Assembly: GCA_964432155.1 (NCBI GenBank)
Contig: CAYSMF010000003.1
Location: forward strand, 34,108 to 98,107
Origin: an uncultured Melioribacter sp.
GTDB lineage: Bacteria; Bacteroidota; Ignavibacteria; Kapaibacteriales; Kapaibacteriaceae
Reading direction: 5' to 3'
DNA: 64,000 bases
Both the position numbers and the translations under genes were made by a program. The notes beneath the pieces were generated by a model. It searched no databases. It was given only the letters and a program-made list of their open reading frames with translations, and had not been told where the DNA came from. Below are positions 9,741 through 18,617 of this stretch, piece by piece; positions within the stretch are counted from its first letter, which is position 1; every line of letters begins with the position of its first letter.

Positions 9741-9746
9741 GAAACC

Positions 9747-10574
9747 TTACTTCGGAGTCTCGAAGAGGAACACCAGTTGTCCGTCCGGCGATTGAAAGAT
9801 CGCGTTAGCGATGCGCTTGTCGGCAGACGGAATCTCCTCGACAGGTTTCATGCCGGCATTCTTCAGGCGCTCGATGCGTTGCTCCATGTCGGGCATGAAG
9901 TACGTGATGGCAACGTTGGCGATGTCGCGGTCTTGATGGATGCCGATCTCGCATGCCTTGTCGGCCATGTTCACAAATGGGTACGGCTTCGTTGCTTGCT
10001 TTGTTGGTGCAAAGCCGAGGTCGGCCCACCACTGTTTTTCTTGTGTGACCGATGCAACGCCGATGCTGTATTCCTTGAGTTCGCCGCAGAGGGGGTTGAG
10101 CTCCTTCGTTGGCGACAAGTCGGGCTCGACGCCTGCCATACGCGCGGCCACGTGGACTCCGTTCGGGGAGCGGAAGCGGAGTTCGCGGTAGGTCGGACCC
10201 TGCACATCGACATTGTTGCCGACGAGCAACGAGTCGAGCTGTTCCTTGAGTCGGCTAATGTTTGCGCAGCGATATGCGATGATGGGTGATGGCTGCGATG
10301 TGCTCACGAGCGTGATGATGAGCTGTCCGTCGGTGAGTGTGATCGCCGAGTCGGCGCGTTCGCCCGCTAGCTTGCGAGGTGCGAAGCCCATCCGTGTCCA
10401 CCACGCCATTGACTGCAACAGATCTTTTGAACTGAGGACGAGTCGGGTGTGGTGACCGATGATTGAGGCAGCGCGTTCAGCCGGTGGAACATCAATTTCT
10501 GTGGAGTCGGGTGACGGTGCGGCGGTGAGGAGGATACTACTCCACACAAGGACACCGAGCGTTCGCAAGATCAT
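9747..10574 (-). CDS. Secreted two-domain VOC (glyoxalase/bleomycin-resistance fold)-like protein
   Basis: Signal peptide [20 protein letters not shown] followed by two repeated modules (…WWTRMGFAP… and …WWADLGFAP…) resembling paired VOC beta-alpha-beta-beta-beta units. ATGA overlap with the ruvB stop. Confidence 0.4.
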   Translation of the reverse strand: MILRTLGVLVWSSILLTAAPSPDSTEIDVPPAERAASIIGHHTRLVLSSKDLLQSMAWWTRMGFAPRKLAGERADSAITLTDGQLIITLVSTSQPSPIIAYRCANISRLKEQLDSLLVGNNVDVQGPTYRELRFRSPNGVHVAARMAGVEPDLSPTKELNPLCGELKEYSIGVASVTQEKQWWADLGFAPTKQATKPYPFVNMADKACEIGIHQDRDIANVAITYFMPDMEQRIERLKNAGMKPVEEIPSADKRIANAIFQSPDGQLVFLFETPK

Positions 10575-11608
10575 GGTGGTGAATCTCCTGAGAACAGGGT
10601 AGGGTGTGATGAAGGAATGTTGATGCCAACATGTCGATACGCGAGCGGTGTGGCGATCCGTCCGCGGGGAGTGCGCTGGAGAAATCCCTGTTGAATCAGG
10701 AATGGCTCGTAGACTTCTTCGAGTGTGCCTGCCTCTTCGCCAACGGCAACGGCCAGGGTGGTAACGCCCACCGGACCGCCGGAGAATTTTTCGATGAGGG
10801 CCAGGATGATGCGCGTGTCCATCTCGTCGAGACCGAACTCATCCACATCGAGCGCGGTCAGTGCCATGCGTGCGATGTCGAGCGTAATCACGCCACTGCC
10901 GCGCACATCGGCAAAGTCGCGCGTGCGACGCAGCAAGCGATTGGCGATCCGTGGTGTGCCGCGGGCGCGACGTGCAAGTTCTTCTGCGCCTGCGGGTTCG
11001 ATGGCCGCTCCAAGCAGTCCGGCACTTCGAGTAATCACACGCGTGAGCTCTGCAGCATCGTAATAGTCGAGTCGGTTCGTGATGCCGAAGCGCGAGCGCA
11101 GCGGCGCGGTGAGCAACCCCTGGCGTGTGGTAGCACCAACGAGCGTGAAACGCGGAACAGCAAGTTGGATTGAGCGTGCAGCCGGACCCGAGTCGATCAT
11201 GATATCGAGGCGGAAGTCTTCCATCGCCGAGTACAAGTACTCTTCCACAACGGGCGACAACCGGTGAATCTCATCGATGAAGAGGATATCGCCTTCATCG
11301 AGACTTGTCAGCAATCCTGCGAGATCGCCTGGCTTTTCGAGAACCGGACCCGACGTGATCTTGATCTGTGCCTGCATCTCGCGCGCAATGATGTGCGAGA
11401 GCGTTGTTTTGCCAAGGCCCGGAGGACCGGTCAGGAGGACGTGATCAAGGGGCTCTCCACGACCACGCGCAGCCGCAATGAAGATCCGCAAGTTCTCCAC
11501 GATCTTGGGTTGCCCCGTAAAGTCGTCGAATGCCTGCGGACGCAACGCGGACTCAACGTCCTCGTCGCTGCGATGCTGCGGATCAGTGTGTTCGTTCATG
11601 CGAGCCAT
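10571..11608 (-). CDS. ruvB: Holliday junction branch migration helicase RuvB
   Basis: Walker [10 protein letters not shown], Walker [10 protein letters not shown] and the RuvB C-terminal winged helix (…[17 protein letters not shown]). Confidence 0.97.
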   Translation of the reverse strand: MARMNEHTDPQHRSDEDVESALRPQAFDDFTGQPKIVENLRIFIAAARGRGEPLDHVLLTGPPGLGKTTLSHIIAREMQAQIKITSGPVLEKPGDLAGLLTSLDEGDILFIDEIHRLSPVVEEYLYSAMEDFRLDIMIDSGPAARSIQLAVPRFTLVGATTRQGLLTAPLRSRFGITNRLDYYDAAELTRVITRSAGLLGAAIEPAGAEELARRARGTPRIANRLLRRTRDFADVRGSGVITLDIARMALTALDVDEFGLDEMDTRIILALIEKFSGGPVGVTTLAVAVGEEAGTLEEVYEPFLIQQGFLQRTPRGRIATPLAYRHVGINIPSSHPTLFSGDSPP

Positions 11609-11612
11609 GCCA

Positions 11613-11620
11613 CGAAGATA
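11613..11620 (-). promoter_or_regulatory. Candidate -7 box variant TATCTTCG, 4 nt upstream of the ruvB ATG
   Basis: The minus strand reads TATCTTCG-tggc-ATG. Confidence 0.45.
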
Positions 11621-11626
11621 CAGACC

Positions 11627-12910
11627 TTACCGTCCGCCACTGTACATGTTGGAGGCCCCAACAGCGACGATGCCGTCGTAGCCGCCGTAATCCAATTCGC
11701 GGTAGTAGGCGAAGGCGATAAAGCTGTTTGAGGCGGAGGCGGTGTTGCCCTCGAATTCCTCGTAGGAGATGTCCGTAATCTGCTCTGTATCAGCGTCGAG
11801 ACGTCCGGTGGCGTACAGGTAGTTGTGACGTCCGCGGCGGATCCAGTTGCGACAGCGATACAGACGTAGATCCTCGTCGTAATACATCATCCACGTGCGA
11901 TCAGGCTTCCACTGGTTGAATGAACCAACCACCACCACGTCGTCCTCACTTGGTCCGCCTGGTGCTGGGTCGAGGAGGATCTCGACCGGGATGTACTCGT
12001 CGTCGCGTGTTGCGATGCCCCTTGTGATCATCGCGCCATCGTCAGCGCGCTCGAGGAACATGCCGTTGCGACGCAGATCGCTTAGCGGCATGCGCACGGG
12101 TTCACCTGTTGACGGATAGCGACTCAGGTCGGTAAGATCCAACACGCGGTACTCGTTCTGCGCTGGGATGCGCGCCAAGCGAAACACCTTGCCCGCCTGC
12201 AGCATGCCGACCACAGCGTTCTGTCCGTCGGTGCGGAGCATCAGCGTCGCATCCGCTTGCTGCGTTACCAGCATTGGCTCCGACCACCGATGATTGCGAT
12301 AGAACGTCACCGTGTGCAGGTTGTTCGAGAGCAATGTGTTTGTTGGATCACGCAACATCGCTTCGATCGTGTACGCAATCGAACTCACGCGTTTGCGGGG
12401 CTCGTAGAAATCCGTCATGAAGTTCATCGCCATCGATGCACGCTGGTCGACAACAAAGATGCGCGTCTCGGCGAGCTTTGCATCTGTTTGTGCATCGTGC
12501 AACGTGACAAGCCAGTTACCACTGAAACGCAGTGTTGTTTGTGCGTTGGGGATCTGCATCGATCCGCGATATCGATAATAGCGGGATCGCTCCGGTGCCA
12601 GTGCCCAGTCTACTAAGCTCGTGCGCAATGTGACGTCGGTGAGGAATCCGTTTTCATCCGGTGTCCAGTCGGCGCGACAATGCGTGAGGCGCGCATAGAC
12701 ATTCGGGATCGATGTCGATGCGACGTCGAACTCAATCGTTGCAAAGGGGCTCCCCAGCGATGATGTGCCCGAGGCGTTCATCATCACGACAGGTGGAAGT
12801 TGTTCGTTGGTGCCGCCATAGGCACGAATCATGCGAATGCGTGGTGCCTCGTCCTGCGCAACAAGAGTATGCGCGACAAGCGCCATCAGCACGATGGCCA
12901 GGCGTATCAT
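11627..12910 (-). CDS. DUF5103 / type IX secretion plug-like protein
   Basis: Signal peptide MIRLAIVLMALVAHTLVAQ. The pattern …THCRADWTPDENGFL…YYRYRGSMQIPN…SGNWLVTLHD matches my memory of the DUF5103 family of Bacteroidota. Not checked by a search. Confidence 0.55.
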   Translation of the reverse strand: MIRLAIVLMALVAHTLVAQDEAPRIRMIRAYGGTNEQLPPVVMMNASGTSSLGSPFATIEFDVASTSIPNVYARLTHCRADWTPDENGFLTDVTLRTSLVDWALAPERSRYYRYRGSMQIPNAQTTLRFSGNWLVTLHDAQTDAKLAETRIFVVDQRASMAMNFMTDFYEPRKRVSSIAYTIEAMLRDPTNTLLSNNLHTVTFYRNHRWSEPMLVTQQADATLMLRTDGQNAVVGMLQAGKVFRLARIPAQNEYRVLDLTDLSRYPSTGEPVRMPLSDLRRNGMFLERADDGAMITRGIATRDDEYIPVEILLDPAPGGPSEDDVVVVGSFNQWKPDRTWMMYYDEDLRLYRCRNWIRRGRHNYLYATGRLDADTEQITDISYEEFEGNTASASNSFIAFAYYRELDYGGYDGIVAVGASNMYSGGR

Positions 12911-13386
12911 CCCCGACGGACCTTCATCGTCTCGCGTGCCTTGAGGCGGTTCTCGCGGCGCATCGCTGCGTCGTCGTAGCGGTGACGTTCGTCTTGTGTC
13001 TCGGGCTCCAGTGGTGGTGCTGGCAGCGGCTTACCGTATTGATCGATCGCTACAAACGTCAGATACGCTTCTGATGTGCGTGTCTGTGTGCCATTGAGCG
13101 GATCCTCGCGCCATACTTCCACGTACACTTCCATGGACGTCTTGAAGGCGCGTGTGAGGAGCGACCGAATGTGCACCACGTGACCGAGCTTAATAGGCTC
13201 GTTGAAGCTGATCTCGTCGACCGATGCCGTAACGCATACCTTGCCTGAGTGACGTTGCGCGCTGAGTGCAGCGGCAATGTCGATCCAGTGCATCAGACGT
13301 CCACCGAGAAGGTTGCCGAGGTAGTTCGTGTCGTTCGGGAGCACCAGCTCCGTCATCACGACCAAGCTCTGGGATGGAGTCTTCAT
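12907..13386 (-). CDS. Acyl-CoA thioesterase (hotdog fold, YciA-like)
   Basis: …MTELVLPNDTNYLGNLLGGRLMHWIDIAAA…VTASVDEISFNEPIKLG… is typical of the 4HBT/acyl-CoA thioesterase family. 4-nt overlaps with both neighbours. Confidence 0.85.
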   Translation of the reverse strand: MKTPSQSLVVMTELVLPNDTNYLGNLLGGRLMHWIDIAAALSAQRHSGKVCVTASVDEISFNEPIKLGHVVHIRSLLTRAFKTSMEVYVEVWREDPLNGTQTRTSEAYLTFVAIDQYGKPLPAPPLEPETQDERHRYDDAAMRRENRLKARETMKVRRG

Positions 13387-14138
13387 GGGAGTTCTTTCTC
13401 GAGCGTTGCGACTTCGTCGCTCTGTTGAGGATCGCGGACTAACCGACGATACGTTGCGAGTACTGCACGGGCGTCGTCAACTTTCTCCTGCTCGATGAGC
13501 AAACGAAGCTTGAGCACGAGTGCAGGCTCGAGCCATTTCGTATCAGCATACTCATCGATAATCGCGTCGAGGTGAATGATCGCTGCTCGACGGATCTTGG
13601 TGTTCATGTAGTGTTCGGTGATCAGCCAGTAGCGCTCGGCAAGACGGTTGCGGAGTTCGTAGATGCGCACCGACGCCTCGCGTGCCAGCGAGTCACGTCC
13701 GTACATCGTCTGGAATTCCGAATAGGCTTGGATCGCCTTGATGGTGTTCTCTTGATCACGGTCTGCAGGCAACGAAATCTTATCGTAGCACTGTCCGGTC
13801 TTAAACATTGCGCGCTGCACAAACTCACTCGACGGATACGAGCGGCGCACAAGATTGTAGTTGAACGCTGCCATGATGTACTCGCCGCGCTCAAAGTTGA
13901 TCTCGGCCAAGTAGTACTGTGCATCGTCAGCGTATTGCGACGCTGGGTATTGGAGCTTGATGACTTCGAACTTCGACTGTGCTTCGAGCCATTCGCCATT
14001 GTCGTATGCCTTCATCGCTTCGCCATACACATCGTCAACGGTCTTTTGCTTGACCGCTGTCTGCGATGACGAGCACCCAACGACGAGCTGCAGGGCAGCC
14101 GTCAGGGCAACGAGGATGAGGACGAAGTGACGGTTCAT
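13383..14138 (-). CDS. bamD: Outer membrane protein assembly factor BamD (YfiO-like TPR lipoprotein)
   Basis: Lipoprotein signal MNRHFVLILVALTAALQLVVGC and TPR-like repeats (…YPASQYADDAQYYLAEINFERGEY…). Start re-set to ATG 14138, after the era stop at 14149. Confidence 0.8.
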   Translation of the reverse strand: MNRHFVLILVALTAALQLVVGCSSSQTAVKQKTVDDVYGEAMKAYDNGEWLEAQSKFEVIKLQYPASQYADDAQYYLAEINFERGEYIMAAFNYNLVRRSYPSSEFVQRAMFKTGQCYDKISLPADRDQENTIKAIQAYSEFQTMYGRDSLAREASVRIYELRNRLAERYWLITEHYMNTKIRRAAIIHLDAIIDEYADTKWLEPALVLKLRLLIEQEKVDDARAVLATYRRLVRDPQQSDEVATLEKELP

Positions 14139-14143
14139 GGACG

Positions 14144-14151
14144 CAAAGTTA
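14144..14151 (-). promoter_or_regulatory. Candidate -7 box TAACTTTG, 5 nt upstream of the bamD ATG
   Basis: The minus strand reads TAACTTTG-cgtcc-ATG. The box overlaps the era stop codon. Confidence 0.5.
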
Positions 14152-15039
14152 ATATCCCATCGAGAGCAGCTGGGCGCGGTCGTTGCGCCAGTCGTTGCGA
14201 ACCTTGACGTACAACTCGAGAAAGATTGGATGTCCGAGGTGTTCTTCAATCGTTGCGCGCGCTGTTTCGCCAACCTGCTTCAGTGCCGAACCCTTTGCGC
14301 CGATGAGGATTGCTTTCTGATTGTCGCGCTCAACGATGATGTCGGCAGCGATATACCACTTGCCCCCTTCACGCTCCTTGAACTCGGTGATCATCACCTC
14401 GGTAGCGTAGGGGACTTCTTCGGCGAACTTGGCGAAGATGGCTTCGCGGATGAACTCTGCCACAAAGAAGCGTTCCGGTTGGTCCGACACCACATCATCT
14501 GGGTAGATGAAGGGGGCCTCGGGGGCCAGCTCGCAAAGCATTGCAGTGAGATCTTCAACATAGGTGTTGTCGCGTGCGCTGATCGCGATAGCCTTGACGA
14601 ACAGGCCACTCAAGCGTGCTTGTTCCATCAAAGGGAGTGCCTCCTTGCGAACAGGGAGCGCATCCATTTTGTTGAGCACGAGAATTGTCGGACGCTTCCG
14701 ACGTTCCAGTGCGGGGACCCATAGTGGGTCGAGCACAGAGCCACGTTCGACCGCCATCGCTGCATCGACAACCACCACCACGATATCCGCGGCGTCAAGT
14801 GATTCATCAACGTAGCCCATCATGTGGCGCTGCAGCGAATAGCGCGGCGCAAGCATGCCCGGTGTATCAAGGAACACCAGCTGTGTGTTGTCGTGTGTGT
14901 GGATGCCGACCACGCGTTTGCGTGTTGTTTGCGGCTTCGACGTCACGATGCTCAGGTGCATGCCGAGGATGGCATTCAAGAGTGTGGACTTGCCCGCATT
15001 CGGACGTCCGATAATGGCTACCGTAGCACAGCGCGTCAC
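14149..15039 (-). CDS. era: GTPase Era
   Basis: G1 GRPNAGKST, G3 DTPG, G4 NKMD and a C-terminal KH domain (…AADIIVERDNQKAILIGAKGSALK…). Confidence 0.96.
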   Translation of the reverse strand: MTRCATVAIIGRPNAGKSTLLNAILGMHLSIVTSKPQTTRKRVVGIHTHDNTQLVFLDTPGMLAPRYSLQRHMMGYVDESLDAADIVVVVVDAAMAVERGSVLDPLWVPALERRKRPTILVLNKMDALPVRKEALPLMEQARLSGLFVKAIAISARDNTYVEDLTAMLCELAPEAPFIYPDDVVSDQPERFFVAEFIREAIFAKFAEEVPYATEVMITEFKEREGGKWYIAADIIVERDNQKAILIGAKGSALKQVGETARATIEEHLGHPIFLELYVKVRNDWRNDRAQLLSMGY

Positions 15040-15347
15040 GCAGCTTCTTCCGTTGGTTGATGTGGTGCAAACGTCACATCAGGATGCGCAGCAAGGTATG
15101 CTTGCTCGCGATCGATGATGTCGCGCACGGCCGGCTTCATGAATTGATCTTCTGGAACGAATCGCGCAAGTGCACGTGCGAGGATCACCGCAGCTGCCTC
15201 GATCGGCATCGAGCGATTGATCAAGATCACGCGTTGCTCATGCACAACGCATGCGCCACCGCGGAACGTGCCCGACTCGCGGCGAACGGAATATCCCAGC
15301 GACTTTGCCAGACCCAGGAGTTCTTCAAACAGCTTATCTGCCTTCAT
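15036..15347 (-). CDS. Hypothetical small cytoplasmic protein
   Basis: 103 aa (MKADKLFEELLGLAKSLGYSV…). ATGA overlaps with both the upstream membrane-protein gene and era suggest translational coupling. No recognisable motif. Confidence 0.5.
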   Translation of the reverse strand: MKADKLFEELLGLAKSLGYSVRRESGTFRGGACVVHEQRVILINRSMPIEAAAVILARALARFVPEDQFMKPAVRDIIDREQAYLAAHPDVTFAPHQPTEEAA

Positions 15348-15895
15348 GAGCGTGATGTAGTTGCAGGAGATTGAACCAACGGACGCAGCGTAATGACCAG
15401 CAGAATTGTCAATGCGGCGAGCATCGACATGCCGATCATCACGTTCACTGCCGTTGTGGTGTAGCGATACATGAATGTGCGCAGGATCTCGGCTGGCTGG
15501 GCAAGCGGCATCCCGGTTACGCGGTCGAACAGCGTCCACAATCGATAGTCTTCCCACGCCACGTATGCTTGCACTGGAAGCAGGAGTATGAAGAGGATGG
15601 TGGCCATCATCAGGTAGCCATGCGAACGGAAATACGACCGCAGCAACACCGCCGTACCGAGTCCGCCCACGGTAGCCACACCGAACGCCCATCCCGTCCA
15701 CCCACCCAATAGGGTAAACAGCCAAATCGTGTGAAGTCGAACTTCTTCAGACTGCGTCGGCTTCAGTTCCAGCGTCCCCGGGACGAACACATCGAAGCCG
15801 ACGACCATTCGCGTGATGCTTGTGCCAAACCACACAACGCCACCGAGCGCGAACAATGTCACGAATACCTTAAACCACCGCGTAGAAACCTGCAT
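15344..15895 (-). CDS. Hypothetical integral membrane protein (about 5 TM)
   Basis: MQVSTRWFKVFVTLFALGGVVWFG… with several hydrophobic spans. Start re-set to ATG 15895, which lies 3 nt after a TATCTTGC box. The ORF-track extension would run through the SDR terminator hairpin. Confidence 0.55.
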   Translation of the reverse strand: MQVSTRWFKVFVTLFALGGVVWFGTSITRMVVGFDVFVPGTLELKPTQSEEVRLHTIWLFTLLGGWTGWAFGVATVGGLGTAVLLRSYFRSHGYLMMATILFILLLPVQAYVAWEDYRLWTLFDRVTGMPLAQPAEILRTFMYRYTTTAVNVMIGMSMLAALTILLVITLRPLVQSPATTSRS

Positions 15896-15940
15896 GCCGC
15901 AAGATACGGGGAGACAGTGATACGAAATGAGACGTAAATC

Positions 15941-15974
15941 CCGCAGGGGCGACCACACAGGGTCGCCCCTGCGG
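15941..15974 (-). terminator. Hairpin downstream of the SDR gene (candidate intrinsic terminator)
   Basis: Perfect 14-bp stem CCGCAGGGGCGACC / GGTCGCCCCTGCGG with a 6-nt loop. It is followed on the minus strand by GATTTAC, a weak U-tract. Confidence 0.6.
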
Positions 15975-15992
15975 TTCATTACCGTTGCCGAT

Positions 15993-16811
15993 TCAAATCT
16001 TGTACGCTTTACGGATAGCCGAAAAGAAGGCCTTGTCCGACAAGAGCTTGCGTAAGCGGAGGAGCATTGGTGCCGGCTTGCCAACAGGGTAGCGCATCTT
16101 CTCCGAGGAGTCCGTGGCAGCCTGAAGAACGGCGTCGGCGACGATGGTAGGGCTCACGGCGTCGGCGAGGGCCTTGGTTGCGGCGGCACCAAACTTTGCA
16201 ACAAATGCGCCGTACGGTGATGCCCCTTCCGGCAGCACCGCAACGCCGCTGCGTCCGGCGAAATCAGTCTTGATCAGTCCCGGTTCGACGAGTTTGACGG
16301 CAATGCCGAGGTCGCGCAGTTCGTAATGCAGGGATTCAGTAAAGCCCTCGACAGCCCACTTGGTAGCGTGGTAGGGGGCATACAGCGGAAACGTCATCCG
16401 TCCGCCCATGCTCGAGATCTGAATAATGCGTCCTGCGCCATGTGGGCGCATGCGAAGGATTGCTTCTCGTGTGACACGCATCAGACCAAGGACGTTGGTT
16501 TCCATCTGGTCGCGCAGTTGCTCATCTGTCATGAGCTCGAAGACGCCCATCAAGCCGTAGCCAGCGTTGTTGACGACAACATCGATGCGTCCGTGCGCCT
16601 GTTCGACGTCGGAGAATGCACGCGACACCGACGCAGCATCTGTGACGTCGAGCTGATAGGTGTGAACATTTCGGATGTTCGATAGTGCTTGCGCATTCTC
16701 GAGCGATCGCATCGTTGCTGCAACATTCCATCCCTTGGATGCAAAGGCTTGCGCACATGCCCGACCAATGCCACTGTTAGCGCCCGTAATGAGCACGGTT
16801 GATGTTGCCAT
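15993..16811 (-). CDS. SDR-family oxidoreductase
   Basis: TGANSGIGRA cofactor motif, NNAG, and a YxxxK catalytic motif (YHATK). Confidence 0.9.
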   Translation of the reverse strand: MATSTVLITGANSGIGRACAQAFASKGWNVAATMRSLENAQALSNIRNVHTYQLDVTDAASVSRAFSDVEQAHGRIDVVVNNAGYGLMGVFELMTDEQLRDQMETNVLGLMRVTREAILRMRPHGAGRIIQISSMGGRMTFPLYAPYHATKWAVEGFTESLHYELRDLGIAVKLVEPGLIKTDFAGRSGVAVLPEGASPYGAFVAKFGAAATKALADAVSPTIVADAVLQAATDSSEKMRYPVGKPAPMLLRLRKLLSDKAFFSAIRKAYKI

Positions 16812-16857
16812 GTGATGTACCTCGCAGTTGTTCGATGATGGTGATGCGTTATGCGAT

Positions 16858-16865
16858 CGAAACTA
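16858..16865 (-). promoter_or_regulatory. Candidate -7 box variant TAGTTTCG for the SDR gene
   Basis: The minus strand reads TAGTTTCG, 46 nt upstream of ATG 16811. Confidence 0.35.
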
Positions 16866-16884
16866 TTGCGATATTGCAAGGGTA

Positions 16885-16912
16885 TCAACAGTAGAGTATA
16901 GTCTATGGTTGA
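16885..16912. promoter_or_regulatory. Imperfect 28-bp palindrome in the MerR/SDR divergent region (candidate MerR operator)
   Basis: TCAACagTAGAgTA|TAgTCTAtgGTTGA, with 11 of 14 positions complementary. It lies between the divergent SDR and merR-family starts. Confidence 0.45.
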
Positions 16913-16947
16913 TCTTTAGTTTTCCACACTGCGGGTGTGTCCATTCT

Positions 16948-17295
16948 ATGCTAATCAATGAACTGGCAAAGCGTGTCGGTGTGAGCGTGCACACAATCCG
17001 TTTCTACGAACGGTCGGGCCTGATCGCAGGTCAGCGCGATCCGCACGTGACATCGAACAACTACTTCCACTACGACGAGGCATGTGTCGAACGACTCGAG
17101 CTTATTCTCGAAGCGAAGTCAGTAGGGTTCACCATCGCGGAGATCGCAGAGATCATCGACGCGTGGTATGGTAACATCTACACGAAGAAGCAGAAGATCG
17201 CCATCCTCGAACACAAGATCGAGGCACTCGACGCGAAGATCCGCGACCTGCGCGATATGAAGAAGCAGATACGAGATTGTATCGATGAACTGTAG
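16948..17295 (+). CDS. MerR-family transcriptional regulator
   Basis: MLINELAKRVGVSVHTIRFYERSGLI helix-turn-helix followed by a C-terminal coiled coil. It is divergent from the SDR gene. Start re-set to ATG 16948. Confidence 0.88.
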   Translation: MLINELAKRVGVSVHTIRFYERSGLIAGQRDPHVTSNNYFHYDEACVERLELILEAKSVGFTIAEIAEIIDAWYGNIYTKKQKIAILEHKIEALDAKIRDLRDMKKQIRDCIDEL

Positions 17296-17300
17296 GGGGT

Positions 17301-17319
17301 GGCGAGACAGGGTCTCGCC
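17301..17319. terminator. Hairpin between convergent merR-family and surA-like genes (candidate bidirectional terminator)
   Basis: GGCGAGAC-agg-GTCTCGCC, an 8-bp GC-rich stem in the 26-nt convergent gap. There is no clear U-tract on either side. Confidence 0.45.
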
Positions 17320-17321
17320 CC

Positions 17322-18602
17322 TTACTTCACTTCCCAGTAAAGCTCGCGGCGGAGCTTGAGAATCCACTCTTGCTCGAGGCGTTGCTTCTTTTCGAAGGAA
17401 GCCATTTGCTCGAGTTGCTTGTAGTCCTCGTCGACCGATGGTTTGTGCGCTGGAATAAAGCGCTTGCGATACAAGATGTGGTAGCCAGGCTTCGTAGGGT
17501 CGGCTGCATATGGCATTGGGTCCGATACGCCGCCGTCCTTGAGCGCGTTGATGGCGTTTCGCATGTCCTCGGGCAGACGTGAGAGTTCGATCTGACCCAT
17601 AGCGCCACCAAAGCCCTGCGTTTCGCGCTCGTCGCTGTACTCGCGTGCGATGCTCTCGAAGCTATCGCCTGCTTCAACGGCCTTCTTCATGCGCAACAGC
17701 GTTGCTTTCGCGGAGTCGCGATCCTCTTCGCTCTGACTCACGCGAATGAGAATGTGGCGCGTTGTCATGCTTGTGCTGGTCTTTGAGATAAGCTGAATGA
17801 CGTGCCAGCCGAACGGTGATTCGACTGGTGCAGAGATTTCGTTCGGACTGAGGGCGAAGGCAGCTGCTTCGAAGGACGGAACAAACTTGCCCTTTTCAAC
17901 CGTGCCAAGGTCGCCACCGTTTGCGGCACTTATTGGGTCGGCTGAATACCTCCGCGCAAAATCACTGAATGATCCGCCCTTCACGATCGAGTCGCGAATC
18001 CTCAGAGCTAAGGCTTGAGCCTCTTTGTTCTTTTCTGCTGAAGGCTTGACGTACTTGACGATGTGATAGAGATCAACGCGCTCTGGAATCGATGGCAATG
18101 AATCGCGGTATCGCTCGTAAAAGCCCTCAACGTCGGCTCGCGTTGCCTTGATGTCGGCAAACTGCTTTTGCTGCATCTTCTCGACCAGCAGACGCTTGCG
18201 AATCTCGTCGCGAAACTCACGACGAATGCGCGCCATGCTCATGCCGTACATGTCTTCAATGCGCTTCTCGGAGCCAAACTGCTGCACGAGTGATTGAAGC
18301 TGATACTCCATGCGCTGCGTGATTTCGTCTTCCGTTACTTCGATGCTGTCTTCGATGGCCTTGGTCATGATCAGGCGCTCGTTGATGAGCTGATCAAGGA
18401 CGGCCTGACGTAGCACGGGATCCTTTCGGTTGACCTTTGGATCGCGTTGCGCCATGATCTCCATCTGTCCGTCGACATCCGACTTGAGCACAATCTCACG
18501 TCCGACAATCGCAACGATGCCCTCCATGGAATCCTGCGCATGCCCACGCATCGAGAGAATGCTCAGGAGAATGATCGTTATGATGACGAGTGGTGTGCGC
18601 AT
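17322..18602 (-). CDS. Periplasmic chaperone / peptidyl-prolyl isomerase, SurA-like (parvulin)
   Basis: Signal peptide, a SurA N-terminal-like region and parvulin domains (…HILIRVSQSEEDR…, …FGWHVIQL…). Confidence 0.8.
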   Translation of the reverse strand: MRTPLVIITIILLSILSMRGHAQDSMEGIVAIVGREIVLKSDVDGQMEIMAQRDPKVNRKDPVLRQAVLDQLINERLIMTKAIEDSIEVTEDEITQRMEYQLQSLVQQFGSEKRIEDMYGMSMARIRREFRDEIRKRLLVEKMQQKQFADIKATRADVEGFYERYRDSLPSIPERVDLYHIVKYVKPSAEKNKEAQALALRIRDSIVKGGSFSDFARRYSADPISAANGGDLGTVEKGKFVPSFEAAAFALSPNEISAPVESPFGWHVIQLISKTSTSMTTRHILIRVSQSEEDRDSAKATLLRMKKAVEAGDSFESIAREYSDERETQGFGGAMGQIELSRLPEDMRNAINALKDGGVSDPMPYAADPTKPGYHILYRKRFIPAHKPSVDEDYKQLEQMASFEKKQRLEQEWILKLRRELYWEVK

Positions 18603-18617
18603 GATATGCCGACGTGA

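Noticed and set aside
16874-16902. Sigma70-like TTGCAA-17 nt-TATAGT promoter in the MerR/SDR intergenic region.
   Set aside because: The match is good by E. coli rules. However, every other promoter candidate in the window follows the Bacteroidota TAnnTTTG pattern, so a -35/-10 promoter is doubtful for this organism. I kept only the palindrome, which overlaps it, as an observation.
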